Part shown: piece by piece, positions 45,751 through 54,926 of the stretch
How the letters are laid out: every line of letters starts with the position of its first letter
Numbering within the stretch: the stretch's first letter is position 1
NCBI GenBank assembly: GCA_964594865.1
Contig: CAZQMZ010000002.1
Location: forward strand, 1,607-65,606
DNA: 64,000 nucleotides
Direction of reading: 5' to 3'
Source of the DNA: an uncultured Lachnospiraceae bacterium
GTDB taxonomy: Bacteria; Bacillota; Clostridia; Christensenellales; UBA1242
Notes under the pieces: model-generated
Databases searched by the model: none
What the model was told of the DNA's origin: nothing
What the model saw: the letters and a program-made list of their open reading frames with translations, nothing else
Made by a program: the position numbers and the translations under genes

Positions 45751-47739
45751 ATGAAGAAGAAAAAAAGGTTCCTTTCCCTTTTGTTTTGCTTTATGTTTTT
45801 GTTTTTTGTTGGATGCACAGACGGTGGTTCAAGTGGTTTTTTTGGGGAAGATGTGGATTTAAATCAAATTTCAATGCAGGGCGTGAAGGTTCTTTCCAAA
45901 CCTTCCGACTATGATTTTGCCGATGCGGTGGGTGACTATTCAGAAAATTATTACAATTTGTTTGCCAGAGAAATTTTAGATTTGTTATATAGTGTATATG
46001 AAGATGATAGTGTAACAAATGAAGAAGATGAAAACAAGAGAGAGATAATTTACTCAGATCTTGACACAGGAAGTGGATACACATATTCCAAGGAAGGAAG
46101 CAGTGATGAGCAGATTTATTATCTTTATGACAGTTTGAGATACACAATCTCAAGTGTTGAAGAGGTGTATGATGAGCTTGGTGATCTTGAGGAAATTGTT
46201 GTCACTCTTGACACATCAAGTGCGTGGAATTGGACAATTTTCAATGATGCTGTGGACAAATCAATAATTTTCTTAAATGCGGACTTTGTGACAGATAATA
46301 CAGATAATAAAGATGGTTCATTCATAATGGATGGTTATTATTATTCAGATTGGACCGAAATTTACGATAACCCATTATACCTCCCTTCCTTCTCGGAGTT
46401 CTATACATACGGCGAAAGTGGCAGTGTTTCAATTTCAAATGATAATGTCAATGTTAATTATTGGATTTCGCCTTACTATAACACTGGCTCAAACGGCGAC
46501 GCGGTCAACTATTTTCAAGATGCGTTGGAATATGCGGTCTATTTGTTTGTGTTGGAATATGATCTCACTGAGGATGCCGAATATTTTAATTTTATGATTG
46601 AATATGATGAAGTGACGACTTCTTCCACATATGGTCAAGTGACAGGCATTTCGGTCGGCGGTTGGGGAAATTCATATGTCTCAATCTCTGAGGCGCTTGA
46701 TAACGCCAAAGAACTCTATGACGCTTTGGGTGGATATGTTGGCTTGACTGATGAGAACAAAGAGCAAGTGGAAGAGTTTATCAAAACGGTGATTATTGGT
46801 GAAAAGGCGTATAAGAAAAACACCTTCACAGTGCAGTTCCTTGAGAACAGTGCTGTCACTGAAACGCTGACATTCAATCGCAACTATGACCAAATTATTG
46901 CCAACATCATTGAATACGCTTGCGACAAAGCACCAATTGGCACAAGTTCGGAAGGCACTGTTTTGACATTGGACGAGCCGTTTTTGGCGTCGCAAATCAC
47001 TGACTATGCAGGCAACTATTTTGGAACGTCATACACCGACAATTCGGATGAAAATATGTTTGAGTTTATTCCAGCGGCGGAATATCAAAGCATTGTCATA
47101 TATCCAAATGAAGAAGATTATGGCAAGGTGCTTGGCGATCTTTGGTTGGCGTTTGAATATTATGATGAAGACAATCCAACCGGCGAAGGTTATGGCTCTT
47201 CCATAACAATCAATGTGGGGTTGAGATATTATGATGCCAGTGAGGACGAAACTTATGATTATGTTGTGCTAGGAAAAGAGATTGCATATGAAAAATTGCC
47301 GACAGATAATTCTGCAAGTGATTTTGAAGAAAGATATGAATCTCATTTTGTAACTTTCAGTGACACCGGAACAGGCACAGATTATGCAATTGGCAACAAT
47401 TTTGTTTTAAGCGAGTTCAACAATGACATCGGCAACGGCGCCATAAATCCATATGCGAACGGCACAAGCATTGACAGCGAAAATGAGTATAGGAGTTTGC
47501 TCATTACGGCAAGCAGCAGTGCAAGAGAATATTATATGATCAACAAGTCATCTTCTGGTTATGGTTTTTATGGCACGTTGAACTCTTCGATGTTCTCTGT
47601 TGAAAATGAAAACGTCGGTGAGGACGACGCGTGCGACTATATTGAAATCTATTTTGATATCGTCAAAACAAAAGGCGTGATTCAAAATTATAACTTTAAA
47701 GTTGCCATTGCTCTCATTGCAGCACAAGAATCTGCTTAA
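45751..47739 (+). CDS. large acidic Tyr/Asp-rich lipoprotein, unknown function
   Basis: Signal peptide with lipobox FVGC. 662 aa. No SD; TGaTATCAT lies 6 nt upstream of the ATG. Confidence 0.6.
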   Translation: MKKKKRFLSLLFCFMFLFFVGCTDGGSSGFFGEDVDLNQISMQGVKVLSKPSDYDFADAVGDYSENYYNLFAREILDLLYSVYEDDSVTNEEDENKREIIYSDLDTGSGYTYSKEGSSDEQIYYLYDSLRYTISSVEEVYDELGDLEEIVVTLDTSSAWNWTIFNDAVDKSIIFLNADFVTDNTDNKDGSFIMDGYYYSDWTEIYDNPLYLPSFSEFYTYGESGSVSISNDNVNVNYWISPYYNTGSNGDAVNYFQDALEYAVYLFVLEYDLTEDAEYFNFMIEYDEVTTSSTYGQVTGISVGGWGNSYVSISEALDNAKELYDALGGYVGLTDENKEQVEEFIKTVIIGEKAYKKNTFTVQFLENSAVTETLTFNRNYDQIIANIIEYACDKAPIGTSSEGTVLTLDEPFLASQITDYAGNYFGTSYTDNSDENMFEFIPAAEYQSIVIYPNEEDYGKVLGDLWLAFEYYDEDNPTGEGYGSSITINVGLRYYDASEDETYDYVVLGKEIAYEKLPTDNSASDFEERYESHFVTFSDTGTGTDYAIGNNFVLSEFNNDIGNGAINPYANGTSIDSENEYRSLLITASSSAREYYMINKSSSGYGFYGTLNSSMFSVENENVGEDDACDYIEIYFDIVKTKGVIQNYNFKVAIALIAAQESA

Positions 47740-47747
47740 AATTATTT

Positions 47748-47774
47748 GAAGTGGTTTTTGCCACTTCTTTTTTA
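47748..47774 (+). terminator. intrinsic terminator
   Basis: GAAGTGG / CCACTTC stem plus T run. Confidence 0.85.
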
Positions 47775-47841
47775 TATTTTTTTTGCCATAGGGTATGGAC
47801 AAAACGACAAAAGTGTGCTATCATTGTTGTAAGGAGTTGTT

Positions 47842-48834
47842 ATGAGCGTTGGAGCAATTATTGGACTTGTGGTTGCAGGGCTTGTTTTCATCTTTTTGTT
47901 GACAATCTTCATCTTGATGCCACGAAAAACTTATTTCACTGTTCTCTTCTCGGGGTGTTATGTTTCGGTTTTCAAACTTATTTCCATGAAAATGCGCAAG
48001 GAAAATGTTGACGAGATTGTTTCGGCATATATCACGTCAAGAAAATCTCATCTTGGTTTGACGCTTTTTGATTTGGAAGTTGTTTCAACGAGCGGTGGTC
48101 ATCCAATCAAAATTGTCGACGGCTTGATTGCATCCAAGTCTGCAAATTTGAATTTTGATTTCAATTTCGTCAAGGCGGTGGATATCTCTGGGCGCGATGT
48201 GCTGGAAGTTGTCCGTGAGTGTATCAATCCAAAAATCATCGAACTTCCGCTTGTGACTGCAATAACACAAGACAATCTTGAACTCAACATCAAGGTTTCT
48301 TTGACTCTCAAAACCAATTTAAAAAACTTCTTGACTGGTGTGACGGACGAAACAATTTCTGCACGTGCAGTTGAAGCAATCGTCACCAAAGTTTTGAACA
48401 CTTCAAGGGCAAAAGATTTGCTCTCTCATCCGGAACTTTTGGATAAGGCAGTGTTTGATGCCGGTGTCGATGAAAATTCGAAATATGAACTTGTTTCCGC
48501 AGATGTCATCTATGTGGATTTAGGGAACAATCGTTCGGTTCAGTTTGAAAAAGATGAAATCGAAAAACAACGAATTTTGATGGTCAATGAATTGGAACAA
48601 AGACGTTTGACCGCCGTTGCCGAAGAACAAGAAGCAAAAGTTAAGGCAGAAAAAATGCGTCTGAAAGTGATTGAACAAGAAGCTGAGGTGCCAAAGGCGA
48701 TTGTCAAGGCAATTGAAGAGGGAAAAATCAAAGACGTGTTGGATTATTATAAACTGCAAAACTTGCAGGCGGACACTGAAATGCGTCGCCGATTGACAGG
48801 AAAAGATGTTGATAAATTCGGTGACGAAGATTGA
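47842..48834 (+). CDS. floA: flotillin-like protein FloA
   Basis: 330 aa. N-terminal TM segment, then YqfA/UPF0365-type sequence and a C-terminal coiled-coil EQEAKVKAEKMR. Confidence 0.8.
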   Translation: MSVGAIIGLVVAGLVFIFLLTIFILMPRKTYFTVLFSGCYVSVFKLISMKMRKENVDEIVSAYITSRKSHLGLTLFDLEVVSTSGGHPIKIVDGLIASKSANLNFDFNFVKAVDISGRDVLEVVRECINPKIIELPLVTAITQDNLELNIKVSLTLKTNLKNFLTGVTDETISARAVEAIVTKVLNTSRAKDLLSHPELLDKAVFDAGVDENSKYELVSADVIYVDLGNNRSVQFEKDEIEKQRILMVNELEQRRLTAVAEEQEAKVKAEKMRLKVIEQEAEVPKAIVKAIEEGKIKDVLDYYKLQNLQADTEMRRRLTGKDVDKFGDED

Positions 48835-48845
48835 AGGAGAATGTT

Positions 48846-49397
48846 ATGTTGGTTTGGTATTGTGTTGTCATCGCCATTGTTTTCGTCGGTCTGATTGCCT
48901 TTTTTGTGATAAGAGAATTGTTGGACAGAAGGAGATATAAAAAGTTGTGCAGTCCCGACAAAACACAAAAAACTGAAAAAGTTGAAAATTTGCAAGAAGA
49001 AAAGGAAGAGAAAATTGAAGCGGAACTTGAAGATTTTTCTCTTGAAAACAAAAATGTAAGCATGGAAAGTTTTCTCCATCCTTTTGGAAAAAGAAAGAGA
49101 GAGTTTGATGATTTGGATGACTATGACGATTTTCACATGAAAAAGTTTGAAAGAAAGCCGGTTGAAGAAATTGAAGAAGAGGATGACGACGATTTTGACA
49201 TCGATTTTGAAGACTTTGATGATGAAACAAAAATGGTCGACAGATTTAAATCTTATGACGATTTCAATTTTGATGAGGTGGAAGATAAGAAAATGGACGA
49301 AATTTTGGAGATGTTGAATGAATATTCTCCAAATGTCCGCAAAATGATTTTGGACGACATTTTGAAGCGAAGAAATGTTGATGATGAAGACCTGTGA
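48846..49397 (+). CDS. membrane-anchored highly acidic protein, unknown function
   Basis: One N-terminal TM segment and an Asp/Glu-rich tail. SD GAAGGAG. Coupled to the floA stop. Confidence 0.5.
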   Translation: MLVWYCVVIAIVFVGLIAFFVIRELLDRRRYKKLCSPDKTQKTEKVENLQEEKEEKIEAELEDFSLENKNVSMESFLHPFGKRKREFDDLDDYDDFHMKKFERKPVEEIEEEDDDDFDIDFEDFDDETKMVDRFKSYDDFNFDEVEDKKMDEILEMLNEYSPNVRKMILDDILKRRNVDDEDL

Positions 49398-49488
49398 AAA
49401 GGTCTTTTTTCTTTTTCAAATGTCGACTTTTAGTGACATTTTTTTCATTTATCACTTCTCTTTGGCATAAAATATTTTAGGTGAAAAT

Positions 49489-49752
49489 ATGTTTAATTTT
49501 ATAAATGAAGTCAAGGAAAACATCAAAAATCCAAAGGGACTTGATTTGAATGGCTTTAATATCATAAATTTGTCAGGGCATATTTTGTATGCAGAAGGTC
49601 ATCTTGGGCTTGTGACTCTCTCAAAAGAATTGATTTCTTTCAAGGTCAAAAAGGCGGTGATTATTGTGGAAGGACGAGATATGATTTTGTCCGAACTGTC
49701 TGACAACACAATCAAAATTTGTGGACATATAAAAAAAGTGGAGCAAATTTAA
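49489..49752 (+). CDS. yqfC: YabP/YqfC family sporulation protein
   Basis: Size and sequence pattern fit the family. Directly precedes yqfD with a TAATG overlap. Confidence 0.7.
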   Translation: MFNFINEVKENIKNPKGLDLNGFNIINLSGHILYAEGHLGLVTLSKELISFKVKKAVIIVEGRDMILSELSDNTIKICGHIKKVEQI

Positions 49753-50885
49753 TGGAGTGGAAAAATCAGTCAAAATTTAAAATCTCTGGGTTAAATCAAG
49801 AAAAACTTCTCAATGAAATATCCAAAAATGTGACATTATGCGAAATTGATCGACATTCAAAATCGAACACCACTTTCAAATGTTCCTATTTTGACCACAA
49901 AAAAGTTGAGAAAATTCTCAAAAAGAAAGGTGTCAAAGTGGAATCTGTCACGCATGAAGGGCTGATTTATCGTATCAAAAATATGCTGACATCATATGGG
50001 CTTATTGTTGCAATCATCATGTTTTCAATCTTTTATTTTGTGCAAAATCAATTTGTTGTGCAATATCAAGTTCAAGGCGTGGACAAACTGTCAAGTGCTG
50101 ATGTGGTGGAATTTGTTAAATCAAACTTTTCGTCAAACAAAAATTTGATTGACACCGAACAAATTGAAATTGGGCTTGTTGAAAATTTTGAAGAAATCAG
50201 TTTTGCTTCATGCATAATCAAAGGTCAAACGCTTGTCATCAACATCAAGGAAAAACTTCTTCCTGACCAAATATATGGTGATTTCGCACCGCTGGTTGCA
50301 CAAAAAAGTGGGAAAATCACGCAAATCAATTTGATTTCAGGCACTTTATGTGTCAAGGTTGGAGATTTTGTTCAGGCGGGCGATGTGCTTGTGTTACCAT
50401 ACACCATTGACACTTCGGGAGAAATTCAAAAAGTTGAGGCGCAGGCAGAAATTATTGCGGATGTGTATAACGAAGGCAGTGCTGACCATTATGAAACATA
50501 CATTGAAGTGACGCGAACAGGACGAGTGGCAATGCAAAACGAAATCACATTGTTTGGACTGACAATCTATACATTCAAAGAAGATTTTGAGTTTGAGATG
50601 TATGAAGTGGAAACAGAATATGTCAATTTGATTGAAAACTTGTTTTTGCCGTTCAAAATTCGCAAAACTTTCATATATGAGCTTGTCGAAAATGTTATTG
50701 AAAGTGATTTTGAAGATGTCAAAGAAGAATATATTGAAAAAGCGAGAGAAAAAGCCTTGGAAAATGTTGAAAATTGTGATACAATAAAAGAAGAATATTA
50801 CACGCTCAGACATTTGGCAGGCGTTACGATTGTCAATTATTGCATTGTGACAGAAGAGAGTATTGCCACATACAGCGAAACATAG
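49752..50885 (+). CDS. yqfD: sporulation protein YqfD
   Basis: About 380 aa with one central TM segment. yqfC-yqfD-ybeY-era synteny. Confidence 0.75.
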   Translation: MEWKNQSKFKISGLNQEKLLNEISKNVTLCEIDRHSKSNTTFKCSYFDHKKVEKILKKKGVKVESVTHEGLIYRIKNMLTSYGLIVAIIMFSIFYFVQNQFVVQYQVQGVDKLSSADVVEFVKSNFSSNKNLIDTEQIEIGLVENFEEISFASCIIKGQTLVINIKEKLLPDQIYGDFAPLVAQKSGKITQINLISGTLCVKVGDFVQAGDVLVLPYTIDTSGEIQKVEAQAEIIADVYNEGSADHYETYIEVTRTGRVAMQNEITLFGLTIYTFKEDFEFEMYEVETEYVNLIENLFLPFKIRKTFIYELVENVIESDFEDVKEEYIEKAREKALENVENCDTIKEEYYTLRHLAGVTIVNYCIVTEESIATYSET

Positions 50886-50893
50886 GAGGAGAT

Positions 50894-51355
50894 ATGATCA
50901 TTGAAGGCAAGGTTTTCCCTTACAAAAAAACCTTCAAAAAATTGTTTGCCCTTGTTGGAGAAATTCTTGGTGAAGACTTTTCCAACCTGAGCCTTTCAAT
51001 CAATTTTGTCGGCGAGAAAGAAATTCAAGTATTAAACAAAAAATTTCGAGATATTGACAAGGTGACGGATGTGCTTTCTTTTCCAAATTTAAACAAAAAA
51101 TATGATCAAAAATTGACCGATTTTTCAAATGAAATTTTGGACGACGTTTTGTTTTTGGGCGATATTGTCATTTGCAAAAAGGTGGCAAAGCGTCAAGCAA
51201 AAGAATATGGTCACAGTTTAAAGCGAGAGGTTTGTTTTTTGGCTGTTCATGGACTTTTGCACCTTTTGGGATATGATCATGTTGAAGCGGATGAAGAAAA
51301 ACTTATGCAAAAAACAACCGAAGAAATTTTATCAAAATTTGGAGTGAAAAAGTGA
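50894..51355 (+). CDS. ybeY: rRNA maturation endoribonuclease YbeY
   Basis: HGLLHLLGYDH zinc motif. SD GGAGGAG. Confidence 0.92.
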   Translation: MIIEGKVFPYKKTFKKLFALVGEILGEDFSNLSLSINFVGEKEIQVLNKKFRDIDKVTDVLSFPNLNKKYDQKLTDFSNEILDDVLFLGDIVICKKVAKRQAKEYGHSLKREVCFLAVHGLLHLLGYDHVEADEEKLMQKTTEEILSKFGVKK

Positions 51356-52176
51356 AGTGTGGTTATGTGGCAGTTTTGGGATTGCCAAATGCTGGCAAAA
51401 GCAGTCTTGTCAATTTTTTGGTTGGCGAAGAAGTGGCGATTGTTTCGCATAGGCGTCAAACAACAAGAAATTCCATTTTGGGAATCAAAAATGGTGAAGG
51501 ATATCAAATCATTTTCATAGACACACCGGGTATACATCACAGCAAAAACAACTTGGATAGATTTATGATGAAAAATGTTCGAAGTGCAATTGCTGGTGCG
51601 GATGTTGTGCTCTATCTTTTTGATGGAAGCAAGAAGATGGAAATTGAAGAAGAGGAATATATTGAAAGTTTGAAAGAAAAAACTGACAACCTGATTTTGG
51701 TTCAAACAAAGGCTGACAAAAAAACTATTCAAGAAAAAGGCGATTTCAAAGTTTCTGTTTTGACGGGGCAAAATTTAGATTTGTTGGTTGAAAAAATTGT
51801 AGAAAAATTGCCCGAAACAGATGCGATTTTTGATGAAGATTTATACACCGACAAAAGCATTTCTTTTTTGATAAGTGAAAAAATTCGAGGCGGTTTGTTG
51901 GAAATTTTGGATGATGAAATTCCACATGGGGTGGCAGTTGTTGTCAATCGTTTTGAAGAAACGGATGAAAAAGTTTGGATTGATGCAGAAATCATTTGTG
52001 AAAGAGAACAACATAAAGGTATAATTATTGGAAAAAATGGCAAAAATTTAAAAAAAATTGGAGAAAAAGTGCGATTTTTTGCAGAAAATTTGTTAGATAA
52101 AAAATGTGTTATCAAACTCTTTGTTAAGGTTGATAAAAATTGGCGAGATGGAAATGTTAATCCATATTGTAATTAA
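51352..52176 (+). CDS. era: GTPase Era
   Basis: GLPNAGKSSL, DTPG, C-terminal KH domain (GIIIGKNGKNLKKIG). GTG start overlapping the ybeY stop. Confidence 0.92.
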   Translation: MKCGYVAVLGLPNAGKSSLVNFLVGEEVAIVSHRRQTTRNSILGIKNGEGYQIIFIDTPGIHHSKNNLDRFMMKNVRSAIAGADVVLYLFDGSKKMEIEEEEYIESLKEKTDNLILVQTKADKKTIQEKGDFKVSVLTGQNLDLLVEKIVEKLPETDAIFDEDLYTDKSISFLISEKIRGGLLEILDDEIPHGVAVVVNRFEETDEKVWIDAEIICEREQHKGIIIGKNGKNLKKIGEKVRFFAENLLDKKCVIKLFVKVDKNWRDGNVNPYCN

Positions 52177-52185
52177 ATAATTAAG

Positions 52186-52280
52186 AAAAATATAAATAAA
52201 TGATTAAAAAATATAAAAATTTTATTTAAAAATATAAATAAATCATTAAAAAATATAAAAATTTTATTTAAAAATATAAA
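52186..52280. repeat. 42-bp AT-only tandem repeat, about 2.3 copies
   Basis: 52186-52227 and 52228-52269 differ at one base (G/C). A partial third copy follows. There is an internal 21-bp sub-periodicity (AAAAATATAAA). Confidence 0.9.
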
Positions 52281-52412
52281 AAAATACCAAAAAAATTTAA
52301 AAAACTCATTTTTTAGGCAAAATTTTCTTAAAATTTTGCTATTTTTTTATTTTTAACCTTATTTTCGTATTTTTTCTTCAAAAACGAAAATACTTAAAAA
52401 GGGAGGTGTATT

Positions 52413-52652
52413 ATGATTATTGCAAATTTTATTGCCTATGTTTTGACATTGATTGGCGCATTTAATTGGGGGCTCGTTGGAATTTTTGACTTCAATCTTG
52501 TCACATGGATTTGCGGAGCTTATCGAAACGGCTGGGCAATTGCCATCTATGTTTTAATTTTGCTTGCGGCAATTTGGCTTATCATTTCGCCAATAATCTC
52601 ACGCGGTATGTTGGACTTGGGATGTAAATATAGAAAAGAAAACGAAAAATAA
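52413..52652 (+). CDS. DUF378-type small membrane protein
   Basis: LIGAFNWGLVGIFDFNLV pattern, two TM segments. SD AGGGAGGTG. Confidence 0.7.
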   Translation: MIIANFIAYVLTLIGAFNWGLVGIFDFNLVTWICGAYRNGWAIAIYVLILLAAIWLIISPIISRGMLDLGCKYRKENEK

Positions 52653-52656
52653 AAAG

Positions 52657-52695
52657 AAAAAAATCGCAACTGAAAAGAGTTGACGATTTTTTTTA
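52657..52695. terminator. bidirectional terminator
   Basis: AAATCGCAACT / AGTTGACGATTT stem flanked by an A run and a T run. Confidence 0.8.
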
Positions 52696-52704
52696 TGTTT
52701 CAAA

Positions 52705-53727
52705 TTATTTCTTTGCAACGGTTGACTTTTTTGATGTTGTTTTCTTTTTGGTTGTTTTCTTATCAGACCAGACAGGCTCTTTTGCCACTTTTGATTGTCT
52801 TGCAAGTTCAGGAATTTTGATGCCATTCATCTGTTGCAATTTTTTGAAAAGCATTTTTTGAAATTTTGGACGGTTTAAACCAAGAGCAATTTTAAACTGT
52901 CCTTTGCGGTTGAAAATTGGTGTGGTCTTTCCTGTTTTTAAGTCAAGTTGAATGTCGGCGCGCTTCATCTTGTATAGGCGAGGATAGAGAAGATAGTAGA
53001 TTGCACAAATGTCGTTGTTGGCTATGCGACGGTCAGGATAGTTTGGCTCCCAATATGTTTCATATGTCTTTGCCAAAAATTTTCCAATGTCATTTGTTTG
53101 TTTAAGTTGCTCAACCTGTGCTTCTGTGAAATATCCAAAGTCGCGACCTATGCTTGACGGAACCATTATGGTTGGGATTTTGCTGTCGATTGTATATTTG
53201 AAAGCAGGAGCATCTGTACGAATGTTGAAAGAGTTGTAATTTGGATTTGTTTGTATTCCCATTGGTGCTCCACCCATCATGACAATTCTCTTGACCAAAT
53301 CTTTGGCATCTGGGTGCTTGATCATCAAGTTTGCGAATGTTGTGTGAGGTCCAAGCTCAATGAAAGTGATTTCTTTTGGATTTGCTTTCAAGACTTCATA
53401 GATTGCATCTGAGGCATCCTTTGAAATTGGTTTATGCTTTGTTGTCTTTGGTGGTTTATATCCACCCAATCCTTCTTTGGTATGCAAAAATGAGGCATCC
53501 TCGGTGGAGTTGCCAAGACGTTTTTCATATCCTTTCACAACAGGAATATCTTTATGGAATAAATCAAGAATGTGGCACATGTTTCGCACCGCATTATCAA
53601 TGTTTATGTTGCCGTTGGATATGGAGATCAGTTTGATGTCAAATTTTGGATCATGCAAAGCGTAGACAAGACCGGTGGTGTCATCAACGCCCGGATCGGT
53701 GTCGATGATAAGTTTAATTTTTTTCAT
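52705..53727 (-). CDS. nucleoside hydrolase (IUNH family) with a Lys-rich C-terminal tail
   Basis: IIDTDPGVDDTTGL aspartate cluster motif. SD AGGAG. Confidence 0.85.
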   Translation of the reverse strand: MKKIKLIIDTDPGVDDTTGLVYALHDPKFDIKLISISNGNINIDNAVRNMCHILDLFHKDIPVVKGYEKRLGNSTEDASFLHTKEGLGGYKPPKTTKHKPISKDASDAIYEVLKANPKEITFIELGPHTTFANLMIKHPDAKDLVKRIVMMGGAPMGIQTNPNYNSFNIRTDAPAFKYTIDSKIPTIMVPSSIGRDFGYFTEAQVEQLKQTNDIGKFLAKTYETYWEPNYPDRRIANNDICAIYYLLYPRLYKMKRADIQLDLKTGKTTPIFNRKGQFKIALGLNRPKFQKMLFKKLQQMNGIKIPELARQSKVAKEPVWSDKKTTKKKTTSKKSTVAKK

Positions 53728-53882
53728 ATAAACTCCTATTAAAGCTTGTTAAAACTCTCTAAGTATATCATTTTTTAAAACAAAAGTAAAACAAAAATAA
53801 GATGAAAAACAATAAAAAAAAGATGATATCAAAAACAAGAAAAAGCACAAAAATTTTCATTTTTTTGTGATTTTTTTTAATT

Positions 53883-54623
53883 TTATATATTTTTACCAAG
53901 ATTTTCGCTTATGGTGACAAGTTCGAATCCTTGCGATTTCAATGTGACAATGATTTTTTCAAGCGCATTTTTTGTTGCTTCTGTTGGATGCAACAAGATG
54001 AAATCTCCACCTTTACAGTTGTTGACTGCGCGCTGATAGATCAAGTCGCTGTCTTGATCGCGCCAATCAATTGTGTCGCGTCCTTTTGTGCACATGATTG
54101 TTTTATATCCCAGAGAAGTGGCAATCTCAACAGTGTTTTTGTTGTATGAACCACTTGGAGGCGAAAACAAAGTCATCTCCACACCGATGAGTGATTTGAC
54201 AAGATTGTGAGTGTTGATAATCTCTTCAAAATTTTTTTGAGCAGAAAGTGTGCCTTGATCTTTGTGATAATATCCATGATTTCCAATTTCATGTCCAGCA
54301 TCATAAATCTTTTGGAGCATGTCACTTTCCTTAACCGCCCATGTTCCGCCAACAAAAAATGTGGTTGTCACATCGTTCCTTTCCAAAATCTCCAAAATTT
54401 CGTCTAAATATTCTGTTCCCCAATAGACATTGATCATCAGTGTCACTTTATTGGAAGTTTCGTCTCCACTGCAATAGACACCGTTGTAAATTTTCGATGA
54501 GGTGACATAATTGAGTCCATAGACAGCAAACATGGAGATTGAAATAAGCATAATGAAAATGACACAATTTGTGGCAATTCTTCGACCGCTCACAGTCCAG
54601 ATTTTTGATCTTTTTGTTTTCAT
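53883..54623 (-). CDS. polysaccharide deacetylase (NodB-type)
   Basis: TFFVGGTW, HEIGNHGYYH, LLHP motifs and an N-terminal TM segment. Start is uncertain: ATG 54623 is preceded by TATTAT with no SD, and the frame stays open to 54734. Confidence 0.75.
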   Translation of the reverse strand: MKTKRSKIWTVSGRRIATNCVIFIMLISISMFAVYGLNYVTSSKIYNGVYCSGDETSNKVTLMINVYWGTEYLDEILEILERNDVTTTFFVGGTWAVKESDMLQKIYDAGHEIGNHGYYHKDQGTLSAQKNFEEIINTHNLVKSLIGVEMTLFSPPSGSYNKNTVEIATSLGYKTIMCTKGRDTIDWRDQDSDLIYQRAVNNCKGGDFILLHPTEATKNALEKIIVTLKSQGFELVTISENLGKNI

Positions 54624-54926
54624 GCCATATAATATGTTGGGCAGGCATAAAAAATGAAAACAAAGAATAAACTTGAAGCAAGTTGTGAAGATAAGTTTAT
54701 GAAAGTTTGCAGAAAACATATATTTTTTCACCAAAAAACATATATTTTTTCGATTTTTTTATCAATTTTTTGAATTTTTTCTTAAAAATATGTTTTTTTG
54801 AGCGTTTTGTTGCATTTTCGGCATAACGCAAATAAGACAAAATATTTAAGTTTTCTTCAAAATATATTTTGGCTTTTTTACTGAAAGTGCTATACTTAAA
54901 TTGTATAATTCTGCAGTGGAGGCTGT

